DNA of 63,259 nucleotides, counting the filler, from Octopus bimaculoides (lineage: Eukaryota), in the NCBI RefSeq assembly GCF_001194135.2. It is 5 parts of 5 records of this genome, joined end to end, with 100 filler letters (N's around TTAATTAATTAA, not from the genome) between each part and the next. Parts side by side here need not be neighbours in the genome. Positions count along the whole stretch, not along the records: positions 26,285 to 56,308 come from NC_068986.1; 4 more parts are not named here. The stretch is one strand, 5' to 3'. The notes under the pieces are model-generated. The model had not been told where the DNA came from and made no database searches. It saw only the letters and a program-made list of their open reading frames with translations. Shown here piece after piece: positions 35,001 through 49,614 of this stretch (position 1 is the stretch's first letter; each line of letters begins with the position of its first letter). A program made the translations under genes and the position numbers.

Positions 35001-38000
35001 CCTGTTACATTTTACCAAATTAAATCAATAGTTTGCTTTTATTTTACTTATTATTTTACATTCTTTTTACTACTACTCTAGCATAAGTGAAATATGTTTT
35101 ACTAATTTGTATATTTATATACGAGGCAAAATTTTTCAGAATTATCATAAATTATCTAGTTTTGCCTTCCACACCTTCAAAAACAATAGTGGCCTTATGA
35201 TTGCAAATGTTGTGTACCAGTTGAGTAATTCCACTTTTTGCTTCTATAATTTCTGTTTCCTGAAGAGGGATTGGTTGTAGCAGACAGACTTTCTCTTGGT
35301 CCTCACACTATATATAAGATATAGTTTTTGTGATGGGGTGGAAAAAAGAGAAACTAACTCTTAAGTCACTACTGACCACAATTTTTAGCCCTAGAAGTAG
35401 ATGAGGTGGATGTAACAGTTGCAGGTAGGCCTTTTGAAATCCTGTACTTGCTGGTTCACCAGTTACAAACTGAAAAGGAGAGGATATATAATTATGCACC
35501 TGCTGAGTAGGTAACCTGGTGAAGGGTTAAACCATCACTATCTGCATCTGCTAACAAGTAGTAGTTGTAGTAGAAAGTGACATATGAAGATATTAAGATA
35601 TCCTGTTATTCTCAGGCCTGAGGCTTAATCCAGATGCTCGTAACAGTGTGGACTTGATTGAAGGTGCCTAGGAGTAAAATGGAGGTATTAAACCAGGCAA
35701 ACTCATTAGGTCCACCACCCAAAGAAACTTAATAGTGATGTCACTAACATGAAAATTACAGAGCATTTGCAAACTTATAAATTTGAGATATTCATAAACA
35801 ATAATTAAGAATGCATTAAAAAATTTCACGTTATTATAATTTTAAATATTTTACCCAATTTGGATTGGTTCAATTATTAGAATATTTATTTTGAATTTGA
35901 GCAATTTAGAGTTTTAACATAAGGCTCTAATTTTGATTTTGCAATGTTGATTTTTTTTACATGTAATATTCCTTGAAATTTGCAATTTCAGTTTGCAAAC
36001 CTTTTTATTAAAGTATATGGAATATTTTCTAAAATATATTTTCATTTTTATGTTCTAGTAAACTAGTTGTTAACTCTACAACTGAAGGATTAAGTTCAGC
36101 TTTAGAAAAGACTATTAGTTGTAAAAATAAGGTAAAAAGAAAAAGCTTAGACAGAATAGGATGAAGTTACACTATCACATAGGCACACACAGAGACATGA
36201 TTAGAATTAGAATATAATCCTTGCTTATCTTTCCATTCTTGGTTATGTTTGTGGTAGTTTTAAAGATCTTAACAGGTCTCTGTTATTGATCAAAGCATAT
36301 CCCATACTATATGTCTGTTAAGCAGTAAAACTTTGAATTGACAAATTTACTTGTTTCAGTAAATTGTATGTAGACTTGTGATTACAATCCTGAAAAAGAA
36401 TCACATGTCTGTTAAATCATAATTGGTTCATATCTCCTTGCAAAATACATAGAACATTAAGCACAATGTTTTTGTGTTTGGACAGAAAATGGGAGAGGGG
36501 CAAGCTAAAAGTGAATGTTGAAAATGAAACCATTAGATGCTCAGTCAGCTGGAAGGTTGCTTTACGTGCATAAGGCACTGGATTTAACTGTAAAAAGAAT
36601 AGAGCAGGTATTTGAATAGAAGTCATAGGTATTGTTTCCCCTCTTTCTCTTTTTTTTTTCTCTATTGTAGTTAAAAAAAAATTAAAGAAATGTTGTTGGG
36701 AATAGTCATCAAAATATAAAATTCACTGTTTATCTAGTCAAACTGGAAGTATTTCATGTGGATTTTCCTATTCTGTTCTGCTTTATTCCATGTAGCAGCT
36801 GGAATTTTTTGGAAGGGGAGAGGAAGGATAGCTTCAACACTGCTTTTAAGTTGTATGGACATGACTGATAAGAAATGGATAAATAAATACTTGATGATGA
36901 CAACAACTAATGTGGGAGCTGGTGCTTGAGAGCTTCAACAAAGTTGTAGGGTTTAAGAAGCAGGCATTGTAAAGTGATGTTGATAATTGTAATTGTAATG
37001 CACATAAAATAAGAGTAAAACTGGCTGTGTATTGGATAAACCCAACATTCAGATAATTGAATCAGTGTGATTTAGTGACTTTTTGTAAAAGGATGTTAGT
37101 ATTTATTGTATGGAGCATTGTTAGTATTTTGCACAAGCATGCACAATGCATGTGAAAAGCTTTGAATCTCAAAATTGAATTATGAAATCTAAGATTTATT
37201 TAATTTCATTAATGATTTGAAATCTAAATCTACTTATCCTCTTGTGCATGCGTGTGTGCATGTGCATGCATATATTATCATTTGTTAGGTTAATGTTAGA
37301 CTACTAACCATACAGAGTTCAAATTTTAGTATAGTTATTTTGTACTCATAACACTTCTTCTATCAGTGTGTCAAGCCAACAAACAGGTACCATTGTTACT
37401 TTACTCTTCATATGTATCTTTGATTAGTGATAGAAATGTCAAGTTTGGTTGGTGAGAGGAAAGTACTCTGCATATACCATAGTAGCATGGACAGGGAACA
37501 ACATGCGTAAAGTCGGGGAACATGTTTGTCAATTTCTATGTCTCCACAGTAGCCCTTATCTTATAGTGCTTTGTAGAACAATGAAATCATGTTTGCCATA
37601 GTCAGTATCAGTTTGAAATTAATGCAATGTTAACAAAATAATATTTATGTTCAGTGTTTGAAAATATTTTACACTATAAAATTGCTTTTATTTTTTTATA
37701 CTCTCTCATGTGCAAATATAGCTGGCTACAAAGCCTAGTGCATATGCCATTTATTTAGAAACCTTAAGTTTATAAATTAAATAGAAAGTAATTCATTAGT
37801 GGTCAGTTGAAGCCATTTCACTTTAGTTATGCTGTTAATAACCTTGGAAAGGCATAAGCTCACCACCTCCCATTCTTTTATTCCAAAAATATATTACCTT
37901 GGTATTCCATCAAAAGACCATCATACACAAACATACACATTTTTGTTTTAGTTATTCAGATGTTTTATTATTAGTATTGGTTTTCTGTGATTTCTTATAT

Positions 38001-38544
38001 TAACACAACAAAATTGCTTAGAGTGGTATGTGTTGGACTTGTGTTAATGAGTGATACTTATTTTATTGACTCCTGAAAGATAAAAAGAAATCCTCAAGGA
38101 TTTCACCACAGAAGGTTGGAACTAAATACTGTAAATCATGTAGTCTAGGGCCTTACCATTCCCTGCATTCAGCTTCTTAAAATTTTGTATTAACTCTTAT
38201 GATACCAACCTGCCTGGAAAAAGATTTAATTTAAAACCTTCAATTAAAATGTTTTAAAGACTAGCTTGATGGCCACTGAAACAAAAAGTCGAGAATATGC
38301 TTCCATCTTCAGGGTCAAGAGATTGGTATCTGAGAAACCAGTATTGCAGTGACCTTGGAAAGGCATAGATTTACCAGCTCTCATTCTTTTATTCTAAAAA
38401 TTATTGCCTTTACATTCCATCAAAAGATATACACATACACATTTTTTCTATTGATTTCTTATATTAACACAACAAATATAAAGATATACATGCAAGCATA
38501 CATACATACATCATACATACATACATGCATGCATGCATAGCCAG

Positions 38545-39259
38545 GTCAGTTGGGCACCGTTTGTGAGAAAAACAGCACCATGATGCAATTCACTCTGCCA
38601 GAAATTTGGAAATGACATACTGTACTGCTTGGTATTCATACCTAATACAAACATTTCAGTGTTTAGATGTCAATCTGAGGATATGTACTGAGAGTGATAA
38701 AAATCAAGTATCCAGTCAACATCATGGTGGCGACATTATGCCTCCATTCATCTTCCCACACAGCCTCAGACTCAACATGGAGGCTTACATCAAGTGCCTA
38801 GAGGAGGTAGTGCTCCCCTGGGTCAAGAGGGTGGCTACTGGAAGACTCTATGTCTGGCAACAGGACTCTGCACCATGTCACACAAGCATGGCTGTCAGAC
38901 AATTTCTGTGATCACATCACCCCTAACATCTGACCACCTAACTCCCGAGACTACAAGCCCCATGATAATTATGTGTGGGGTGCAGTTGTGTGAGAGATCA
39001 ACAAAACTCCTTGTTACACCAAAGATGAACTGAAGGCAAGGATTATGGCAGTGTTCACCAACTTAAACAGAAGCGTTGCAGGAGATTCCGAAGTCGTGTG
39101 GAGGCTGTGGTTGAAGCCAGTGGTAATTTTATTAAATAAATTTACTCTTTAGTATTTCAAGATTTTTTTAATGTAATTTTGGTGAATACATCTGTTAAAA
39201 TGAGATGTCAGTGTTATTTTCATTTTTGCATAATTTACACAAGTTTATTCACTGTACCC
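38545..39259 (+). mobile_element. Internally deleted Tc1/mariner element of maT (DD37D)-like type
   Basis: LNMEAYIKCLEEVVLPWVKRVATGRLYVWQQDSAPCHTS...I*PPNSRDYKPHDNYVW...RFRSRVEAVVEASG. D-D spacing cannot be counted because of a deletion. Confidence 0.8.
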
Positions 39260-40020
39260 TATCATCATCATCATCATCATCATCATCGTTTAACGTCCGT
39301 TGTCCATGCTGGCATGGGTTGGATGGTTTCACTGAGGTCTTTAGAGCCAGCGGCTGCACCAGGCTCCAGTCTGATCTGGCAATGTTTCTACAGCTGGATG
39401 CCCTTCTTAACTCCAATCACTTTGAGAGTGTAGTGAGTGCTTTTCATGTGCCACCGGCACAAGAGCCAGTCAGGTGGGCTTGGCATCAATCACGTTCGGA
39501 TAGTGCTTTTTACGTGCTACCAGCACAAGAGCCAGCCAGAGGATATTGGCATTGGCCACGATCGGTTTGTGCTTTTTACAAACTGCATCTGATCTAGGCT
39601 AACTCTCTCCCTAATTAGTTGGGCTATAACCCTCTCTGAAACTTCCATCACTTGATCCAATGATATGATACCCCTCCAGTTATTTCTATCTAAAGCATCA
39701 CCTTCCCTTTGTAGCAGTTGACTATAGTGCTGCTACACCAGTCATTGGGTATGACTCCTTCATGTATCACCTGGTTAACTATATGGGTGACTAGGCTGTA
39801 GCCAACACTGCCAGATATTTTAAGCATCTCTGCCTTGATTCCTGATGGGCCAGGTGCTTTCCCTGTCTTCATATTCTTAATTGCTTTATCTACCTGGGTG
39901 CTGTTGATTCGGATAGCTGGTCCCTCGATTGGGTCAACCTTTGGCAGACACTCCTCCTCCCATTCATTCTCCACATTCAGCAGTCTTTCATACTGGCTTC
40001 TCCAAGCCTCTTTCTTTGCA
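39260..40020 (-). mobile_element. RTE-LINE with (ATG)n tail, 5' truncation and a large internal deletion
   Basis: 39582-40020 is homologous to 16810-17250 (KAPGPSG...QMQF) and is joined directly to the 3' UTR and tail at 39260-39580. Confidence 0.9.
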
Positions 40021-40067
<47 letters not shown>

Positions 40068-40070
<3 letters not shown>

Positions 40071-40410
40071 TCAGTCATTAGACTATGGCCATGCTGGGGC
40101 ACCACCTTGATGAATTCTAGTCAAATGAATCAACTTCAGCAATTATTTTTTTAAGCCTGGCATTCTATTGGTTTCTTCTACCAAACTGCTAAGTTACGAG
40201 ACGAGACGTAAACACATCAACACCAGTTCTTATGTGGTGGTGAGGGACAAACATATACACAATGCCTTCTTTCAGTTTTTGTTTACCAAATTCACTCAGG
40301 AGGTGTTAATCAAGTAGAGACTATAGCAGCAGGCACTTGCCCTAGATGCCATCCAGTGCAGCTGAACCTGGAACCATGTGGCAGGGGGAGCAAAACTTCT
40401 TAACTATATG
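40068..40410 (-). mobile_element. SINE family 1
   Basis: gtttcagtcattagactatggccatgctgggg...ctgaacctggaaccatgtgg. Confidence 0.75.
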
Positions 40411-40434
40411 GGTACACTTGTACTCTCTCTCTCT

Positions 40435-41120
40435 TTGCAACCCAAAACAAAAGTCATTTCCTTCCCTACAGGTAAAACAACCATAGCTTTCTTTTGGAAC
40501 AGGTGAGGAGTGTTTCCATTGCATGGATTGTCTCTTTATCTCTGGTTGAAAGTGATGAACCCAACACTCATCCTGGCTTAGGAAACATTCAACGAAACCA
40601 GCTAGATCTGCCTCAAACAATATCAGATTTTCCCTTGATCGGCCTGGTGTACTTTCGATCAGGTATCAGAAGACATGGCAGCCGCCAAGCAGAAACCTTT
40701 GTTATGCCAAGTTCATTGTGCAGAATATTATCAACCCTCTCACAAGATATGCTAATAGCATTGGTTATTTGATCTATAGTCAATTGCCTGTCATTCATCA
40801 GCATGTGATAAACACAATGTTCTCTTTGGTGGTTGGCAGTTGCAGGACTTCCAGGTTCTGGGTCATCTTCAAGACTCTCCCTTCCCTTCCTAAATTTAAC
40901 CGCTCACATTTGCTCTGTTGATAAAGCTGGGGCATCATCCCCTAATGTCGCAACCATGTCAGCATAAATGTTGTTGAGGGCAAAACTCTTGCTGTAGTTG
41001 TTTGGTAACACCACAGTGCCAAATTTTGTCCAGTTTCAAAGGAAGTCACTACTAGTTACTTTTGAAGTCTTTGAACAGTCAAGTGTCAGTTTACCTGATG
41101 GTGCAGAGGCTTGAAATTAA
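40435..41120 (-). mobile_element. Mariner (DD34D-type) transposase pseudogene, N-terminal two-thirds
   Basis: HTH region (ADMVATLGDDAP...RESLEDDP), NELGITKVSAWRLP, and FLSQDECWVHHFQPEIKRQSMQWKH; broken frames. Confidence 0.9.
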
Positions 41121-42454
41121 GATTTTTTTTGTGTTTGGTTATGCTTTTCTTTATCCATTATGAAGTGTTAGTCTTGTGTGCTCTAATGCATTTGAATGGT
41201 CATAGTAGAAAATTAGCAATTTAGGTCCTGCCTATTACAAATTTGGTAAGGATTTGTTTAAGTTCTTTCTGAGCTCTAGTCAATTTGCATTATCTCAATT
41301 ATTTTTTAACTTTGCCAGGATTTTGCAATCAATATACTCACCATTGTAGAAACTTAAATATCCTACTTAAATAGGAGACTAGGACTATCAGTTTCCAGTA
41401 GCTTTAGTGATGTAATGAAAATTGTTCCTTGGTTTACCAAGAACTATGCCACATCACTCATTTTATCTTTTATAATCAAAATGTTAATATCAAGTGTGAA
41501 GCTATACACACAAAAACATGGCCAAACACACATGCATGAAGATGTTTGTGTGTGTACGCATGCACGCACGCATGTGTGCATGCATGCATCTTAATGTTTA
41601 TGCTCAAAACCTAATACTAACATGTGTTTTGTCTCTTATTTGTTTATCCCTAATATGAAGAGGTTTCTATTGTTTGAACTAACAGTTTCTTCTTCTCAAT
41701 AAAATAATAAAGATGAAGTTTTTTCTTACATTGTTTATTGCTTAACTGCATTCTGTAGATGACTTTTGTTTATTTAAAATTTATTTTTCAGTTCTCCCAA
41801 AGTAGTTTCGACGAAAAGCTCTTATAATATTTTTCTTGCTTTCTTATATTTTCTAATAACATTCCTTATTTTCCAAATCAAAAATTTTCTGAAGATTTTT
41901 GTATCATGTGAATTCTTTAAATACTGTTCATCCAAGTAAGCTTCTTGTGTTAGATACTATGTTAGATTTACTGAGCTCTTGGTATATTTTAAGGATGCTG
42001 TTAATTTATTTAAGGGAAGCCCATGAAAAAATATCCATTTTATTTTTTATTCTTCTGTATTAAATGATAGTCTTGTCTGCTTTTTTTTTAAAAAAAACTT
42101 TATTTATAAATATTTACAGAAAAGTTTTCATGCTTTTAAATTCTATTTAGTTCCATCATCATTCATCATCATCACCATTATTGTTGTTATTAGTGCTATA
42201 CATTATTCACCACTTTTTTCACTTCATTCAGTTGATTTCAAAGCCATACACTTTTTTTTGTAACCTATCCCTGCAATGTATCCTCATCTACTGTCCTTGT
42301 GGCAATAAAGAAATAGCAAACATGACAGCAACTGTATTGTTGCTCCTGCTACAACTACTACTTTCAGGTTCAATAAAATAAGATACCAGTCAAATACTGA
42401 GGTTGAGAGGTATTGAATAATCCCTTCCTCCAAGATTTCAGCCCTTTTGTTCAT

Positions 42455-42600
42455 GGAGTTCAAATTCTGCCTAGATGAACTTTGCCTTTTATTCTTTTGG
42501 TGTCAATGAAATAAGTATCAGCTGAGTACTGGGATCGATGTAATCAATTAACCTTCCTCCCTAAATTTTAGGCCTTATGCTTATAATAGAAAGGATTATT
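42455..42600 (+). mobile_element. SINE family 2, 5'-truncated
   Basis: gagttcaaattctgcc...aataagtatcagctgagtactgggatcgatgtaatc. Confidence 0.7.
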
Positions 42601-45600
42601 ATTGCGTATTGCATTTTTTCCCTACATAGCTATCTTCTCAGCTTTTAAAAAGTTTTTAGAAATTTACTATATTGTAGAATTAATTCTTTATTTAGCTATT
42701 CACTCTGTTTACCATCATTACTGTTATTATTGCTTTTCTGTTTTATGGAAAATAGATTTCTTTGTCCTTATATAAATTGTAGATAACTAAAATAAGCAAT
42801 GCTTCCCATCTCCAGTCTGAACATGCTACATAGAATATTTTAACTGTCTCTCCTCTCTGCCACATTCATTTCTATTATGACCTTTTGCTATCCTTTGTGT
42901 TGTACCTCATATTTTTGAAGTCTCCAACTGCTCTGCTAACATTGTTTCTTGTTATTTAATGGAAAACAGTGCATTTTCTTTTGAAGTTTCAGCAAATATA
43001 ATAACAATAAAACACATAAATAGATTAAGCCATGTATATTATTTTTCTTCTTCTATGCACCCTCATGTGTTAGCTGATTGATATGCTATGTGGAGAGACA
43101 ACTAAAACATAGGAAAATATTTTTTAGTGTGTTCTTTCGAAAATCCATAATTTTTGTCTTTTTTTATGTTTGTATTTCATTTAGTCTCCAATGTTGATTT
43201 AACAACTCTGTTGCAATGAATTCTCCCACTGTGTGTGTGTGAATGTGTAATATGCCCTTACTTTATGTAAAACAAAAGGTCTGGGTGAAAATTTTGCATT
43301 GTGGATGGAATGTCTTTGAAGGTTAAAGAAATTTGTGTACAATATGCATTCATAATGATACAACTTGAATTATTTTAGATGAAATTTTAGGTAAGCTTGT
43401 CTGCAAACTAATTTCAGTTTCCCACTTCAAGCCAGTTCACTTCACTTGCATTGCTATTGCCCTTTTTGGGATTAGGTTACTATTTCATTCCCTTTCTATA
43501 TAAACTTAAGGCTTCGTACTAAAGCTTAGATCCCACTTATTGTTAACACTGGGGTATTTTTTAAACTGATGCACACTAACACACATGTGTAGAGTTTTCT
43601 TCTTGACATGAACATCAAATATGGATTTAGTTTTGTCAATGCTTTTACAATGTACATGAATTTTAAACACAGAAAAATTATAACTATTCAAATAACTGGG
43701 TTCTGAATAATATGCTTCAAGTACTATTAGTAAATTTACCAATTGAGCAAATATTAGCAAAATTAGTTGCAAAATAAATATTTCAATTTTCTAGTAATCT
43801 GTGTTTGCCATTTTTCCCATTTGCAATATTTATAGTTTAGTCATGTTGAAGTCAATTTGATTTCTTACTAAGAATTTTAATTTGTGAGTTAAATTGGTTT
43901 TAAATAAAATTTTAAATAAATATTGTATTAATGCAGATATTTTGAAAATACCTCAAGGAGTGATGACCATGCCCCTGCATAGTTTGTTACATGTTGCCCT
44001 TTGGCAAGGCATAGCACCCGTTCAGTCACCCTGCCAGAGATAGGGCAAAGTCATGACAGATTGTGAAGAGGTAGCAGAAAAGCTCAACTGAGCCAATGAT
44101 GCTTTTTCCATTGATGTTCAGTGAAGGAATCCAAGAATATCAAGTCAGGATCACCTACATCTAAAAACTGCAATGCATCCATAGGGGTGGAGCATCCATG
44201 GTTGTGTAATCAGCTCATGAAAGATTCACTTTGATTCAAGCTCCCAATTCAAATTCATAATAATGGAATTGGATGGTGACAGAAAGTTATGAGAATCTAC
44301 GAAAGTAATGAAAAAAAAAAAAAAAAAGAAAACACCAGAAGTTTACTATTATATTAAACTTACAAACTAATATATTTTCCAAAACAAAAATACTTCCAAT
44401 TTCCCCAACAGAAATCTAATTTATGAAGCAGAACATTGATTCTGATAAATTTGATTGTATAATTTTGTTGCATTTGTATTTTTTTTTAAACCTAAAAGGG
44501 TTGTTTTTGTTTTGAGTGTTGACAAAAAAAAAAAAAAGTTTTTAATCATTTCTGACCTCTTTTGTGTTACCTCATGTTAAACATAGCTAATTAGTCAGTT
44601 TTAGGGATTTAGAAATATTCCCAAATTTCAACTGTTATTGATATTTGGTTCCTTAATGAGATATTCTTCCTATAAAGAGTAACTGAGTACATATTGTGGT
44701 GTGCAGTTGGTAATTGGAATATTGTCTGGATCATTAGCTTTTGACTTGGCTTTTAAACTTACATTTACTGCTTGATCAAATGAACTTCACTGATTGATAT
44801 TGGCACATACTATTGATTTTTCATTGCATTGAGAAGCATATTTACCTTTTAATCTTAATAGTAAATGAAATTAACTTTGAGTGCTTGTAGACATTTGAAA
44901 ATGTTGACTGCAATAATGGAGCAGAAGTAACTAGTTGCCTTGTTGCTAGTTGTAATGTCTTTATAGCATAACAATTAGAGTTTGTGGTGGATAAAAAATA
45001 CTTATGGAGGCTCTATTGATATTAATATGTTAACTCGTATTAACTATAGTCAATATGAATTATAATAATGTATATAGAGGAAAAATGTAATTCTATTTGG
45101 TAGTGAAATTTAAATCATGAGTAGGCTTTTCAGTGTAAATAATTTTGTATAAAGGAGTATAATGGATACAGTTGTAGATTTTATGGACATGAGATAGAAC
45201 TTGTAACAATTACCTTAGGCTAATATTAGTCATCAGAGCTAAATAACACAAAATGATCAAAGAGTAATTGAACCTTAATAGTCATAATTATATCTCGGCA
45301 TCAAGCAAGTAGCTTAGTAGATCTTTTACTCATTTAGAATAATTGTCATATTAATTTCCCTTTATTATTCTAGGATTTATTTTTGATCAGATCATCTTTT
45401 GTCCTCCATTAATTTATTTGTTGTTTCTTTGCCACCTCCACTCTTGAATCATGTTATGTATTCTACACAGTACTCTAATAGTGTTTGAAATCCTCAACCC
45501 TAAGATGATTTTGTTAATATGAATGTCTCTTTAATTAAGCCTTGTTATATATTTTGTTCTTCTGTAGGGGAGTGGAGGGAGTGTCACTGTAAATTCACTA

Positions 45601-47194
45601 TTGTCACCACACTGTATTATATTTTGCATTTTTGATTCACATTTCTATGTAAAGAACATGTGTAAAATTAATGAGAATTAAATTCAAAACTTCATAATAG
45701 TCTCTTTGTTATTTTAGTATTCATTTTTTCCATTCTAACATGAGATCTTCTTGCTCATATTTAGTTAGACTAATCCTTTTATTTTAAGTGAGTTGCTGTT
45801 ATGGAGTTAGAGAATGAAATAAGTGGTGTATGAATTTTACAGCTGAATAGCTTTCCTTATGTAAAACACTCTGATGTGGTGTAAGTTGATTTAATTCCAA
45901 CATGGCTTAACATTTTCATGCTAAGTACAAACTGCAGCATCCACAATTTTGTTGATTGAAAAATAAATTACACTACCTATGAATATTTTCCTTCTGTTTA
46001 CACCATTAACTTACTGAAAACAATATTACATTGTTATAGTTTAGCCATTAGTCAAGCAGATTTATGATAAATGGTTTTCAAGCTGCGATCATCTTGTCTT
46101 TCTCGACTTTGCTTATTTTATGTCACACTGTCTATGTCTTTTCCATTTTTTAAAGACAGTGTGATTTGAGAGAGATTTAGCTACTATTCCCAATAAGTCA
46201 AGTGACCATATAAAGGTTACTTCACTAGATGTGTATGTGTGTTGTAGTTGTTATGAATATTGTATGCAGTTGTTCCATTTGATAGACTTTCTGGAACACT
46301 TTTTTTATTATCTGTATTTGCAGTTCTAATATTTTTTTCTATAGAGGGTTCTTCTGAACAAGTTGCTTATACTAAGTTCACTCTTCACTTGGTATGCTTG
46401 TATAAGATGTGGGGATCTAGTACCTGTAGATATTGCTAACAAAAGAAGCTGAAGTGAGAAGTTTTGAAAATCTTTTTAGTTGTGATATCATAAGTTATAT
46501 ATTAGTCAAATGTTATCCATCATTCTTCATAACAACAAATACCTTATATTCAACATATAAGTTATAAAAAAAAAGAATAATAATAATGTTGGATAGTAAA
46601 GCTAAATTATTGAAGTGTAGTCTCTCACCAGTCTTCATCCTCACACCAAATTATAATAGATATGTGATCTGAAATCATAAGGATATTATAATCTGTGAAT
46701 TTGACCCTATTAATTGACTGGTATCCACTCTGTTGAACCTGGTGGGATTTGAACTTGTAAAGTTAATAACACAAATCGCTTTTTCCAACAGTTTGCGAAT
46801 CCACCCCTCCCCCTTTATAATATAATAGTTTAAAAAAAGTTGTTTACTGAAAAAATCTTACATTCATGAGGTATACCTTAATTTTGATTAATAAATATCT
46901 GAATGTGAATATGTTGCTAAATGAAGCTTAATTAGTATTTCTGGATCTTTGTTTAAAGCTGAAAGCATGATGGCTCACCATTGCATCACTTAATAGTAAT
47001 TAACATGAATCATAGCTAATTCTCTCATTTTGGATTCAGTGAGGCATATTTTATATTTAATTCAATAAAACAGGTTTTGTATTGGGGAGGGGAGAGATGT
47101 GAAAAACAAACATGCTTTCAGATGATCTGAATATTACAGAAATGTTCATGCAGACATGCACACACATAATGTATGTGCACACATATAACAAGTA

Positions 47195-47227
<33 letters not shown>

Positions 47228-49251
47228 NNNNNNNNNNCAACATTCAAAATTAACTTGTTTGATGACAGTAGTACTTGCCATTTGATCATCTATTTTTAAC
47301 CAACACGTGTCCTCGGGTGAAAAAAAAAAATTTTTTCTGTTTTTATAAAATTCATGGCTTATTTTAAAATAATTAAAGTCTCACAGTTTGCAGTTCTAAA
47401 CAAGCTGCAATGCTATTAAAGCCTTAAATTTGTAACAGTGCTAACTTCAACTTTATTGTTCAAAACAGATTTTGTAAATCATAAGTAAACACAAATACAA
47501 TAAGAGTAATGAATCTTTCTTGAATTAATTTTGATTGGATAAAATTAAATAATTGATCAGTAAGGTGGGGAAAACATTAAAAGAACAAAAAAAAAAAAAA
47601 CTTTTTTTTTATCAAATTAAATTTAAAATTAAGTTGTAAATTAGCCAAATGTGGTCATTAGAAATGTGCATTTCTGACTCCTGTTTAATCATATCAGTTT
47701 AAGCTCTTTAATAACAATGTTCCTCCAACATGGTTTATTGCCAATGTCAGGTTGTGTTGACTTAGCAAAATAACCATTTGCAATCATTACTAGTATCTTA
47801 TGTTGCATTTGAGCTTAGAACTTGGCTCTATTTTTCTGTCAATCTCAAACAGCAGAATCCCTGTAAAAACTGTGTATGACATGGAAATGAATATCCTTGC
47901 CAGAAAAGTTTGTTAACCATTCTTTTCGTTTCACTGCCCACACTTATCTATGTGAATGTGAATCACACTTAACGCCATGCATTGGGAACTGCTTATTGCC
48001 AACATAAGTAATCTTTAATTTCACTGCGTACAATTTACATCTATAAAGTAGCAAATATTTTTACATTAATTACATCTCTCACAAATAAATGCCTAATCAT
48101 CTCTAATAACCTCTTGTGAAGAGTGTTATATCTACTACAGTCATCATAGCATCTTTTTTTTTTTTTTTTTTTTTTTTTTTTGTTTTGGTCAGAAAATACT
48201 ACAGTTCTGAAAGGGCTGCAAATAAAACTATGTTGAAACATGTTCATTTATTAAGCTATGCTCAGAATAATATATCCAATCTCCCCCCCCCCTCTCTCAA
48301 CTCTGCTTCTGATTGTACTAGTAGTCTCTGCACTCGTATAACTGTCTGATAATTCCATTCATTCACACTTAACTCCTTTTCATATTTCCATCTCTTCCCC
48401 TAGCTGTATTTTATTTACACCTAAAGCCTGTGGTAGATATTTTGATTAATTCTTTCTATACACCATTTACTTCCAATGTTTTAAATTAAACATTAATCAC
48501 AATAACCTAACTCGCTTATATTTATGTTGACCTACTGTAGGTCAACATATATATAAGCATATATATGCCAAGAACTTTGCACTTCTCAGATTAATTAAAA
48601 TATTCTTGGTAAATGAAGATTTAGATTAAAGATGTAAATATATACTCAAAAATATCATTAGTTACTATTTACAATTAATGACACCCTTGGCTCAAACTTG
48701 AAAATTTACTGATGTTGGCTTTCAAGATACCCTACTTCTTATAGGTTAGAATGAATTCTAGTTTTGTATAGTGTTTTGCACAATATTCAGCCATCCCTCA
48801 GCATTGTGAATTGCTCAGGCCAACACAAGTAATCTTTAATTTCACTGCATACAATTTACATCTATTTGGAAATCTATTTGTGGTTGCTCAATTTGCTAGA
48901 AATAGCAGCCAAATTTCCCTCATATCAACACTGCTAATTTAGCAAAAATGACAACTCCTTGAATAATGTAGTTTTAGAAGTGCCTGAACAAAAAAGGGGA
49001 TGTTATGTCTGGAACATCTCTGACCATAGGGTAGAACTAACTTTTGGTTAAACAAAAACAACTGTTTATTCCACTGAACTACTAGGATTTTTCATTTTTC
49101 TTTCAAAGCTTTGCAAGAGAGGTCTTTTAAAATTCTATTCTAGTAGAAGTGGTGTTAGATTTTTAAATTGTCTTGTGGGAGAAACAAGTACCTTAGCTAC
49201 TTCAACAACAGTCAATAGAAGCAGCCTTTTCACTTTGTGAGTATGTCATAT

Positions 49252-49480
49252 CTAGCCCTTTAGTGTTCGCATTATTCTGCCAAAATTAATGCTTTTTTAT
49301 CCACATTGTTTTGAACTAATCATGCATTATTTTGTAGCTATGAGATCTTGATGAGGTAGCTGTTAATTTTTAAAACAATATTGTAGGGTTGATGTGAGAG
49401 GCCAGATCTGGCCAGTTTGAACATAAAACAGGCAGAATACTTTTGGCTGGATATGGCCGGTTTAAATGCTGAAGGGCTAG
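49252..49480 (-). mobile_element. piggyBac-type MITE flanked by CTAG on both sides
   Basis: CTAG|CCCTTTAG...CTGAAGGG|CTAG; homologous and inverted relative to 49990-50218. Confidence 0.8.
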
Positions 49481-49614
49481 ACTACAAGTAAGTTGTCAAA
49501 TCTCTTTCACGACTTAGTGTTTCTTCATTAGCTTGAAGTAAGTTATAATAACGGTCATCTTCATAGTAATTTCCCTTTATTTAATGGTCATTTTCATAGC
49601 ATTTTTGTTTGTCT

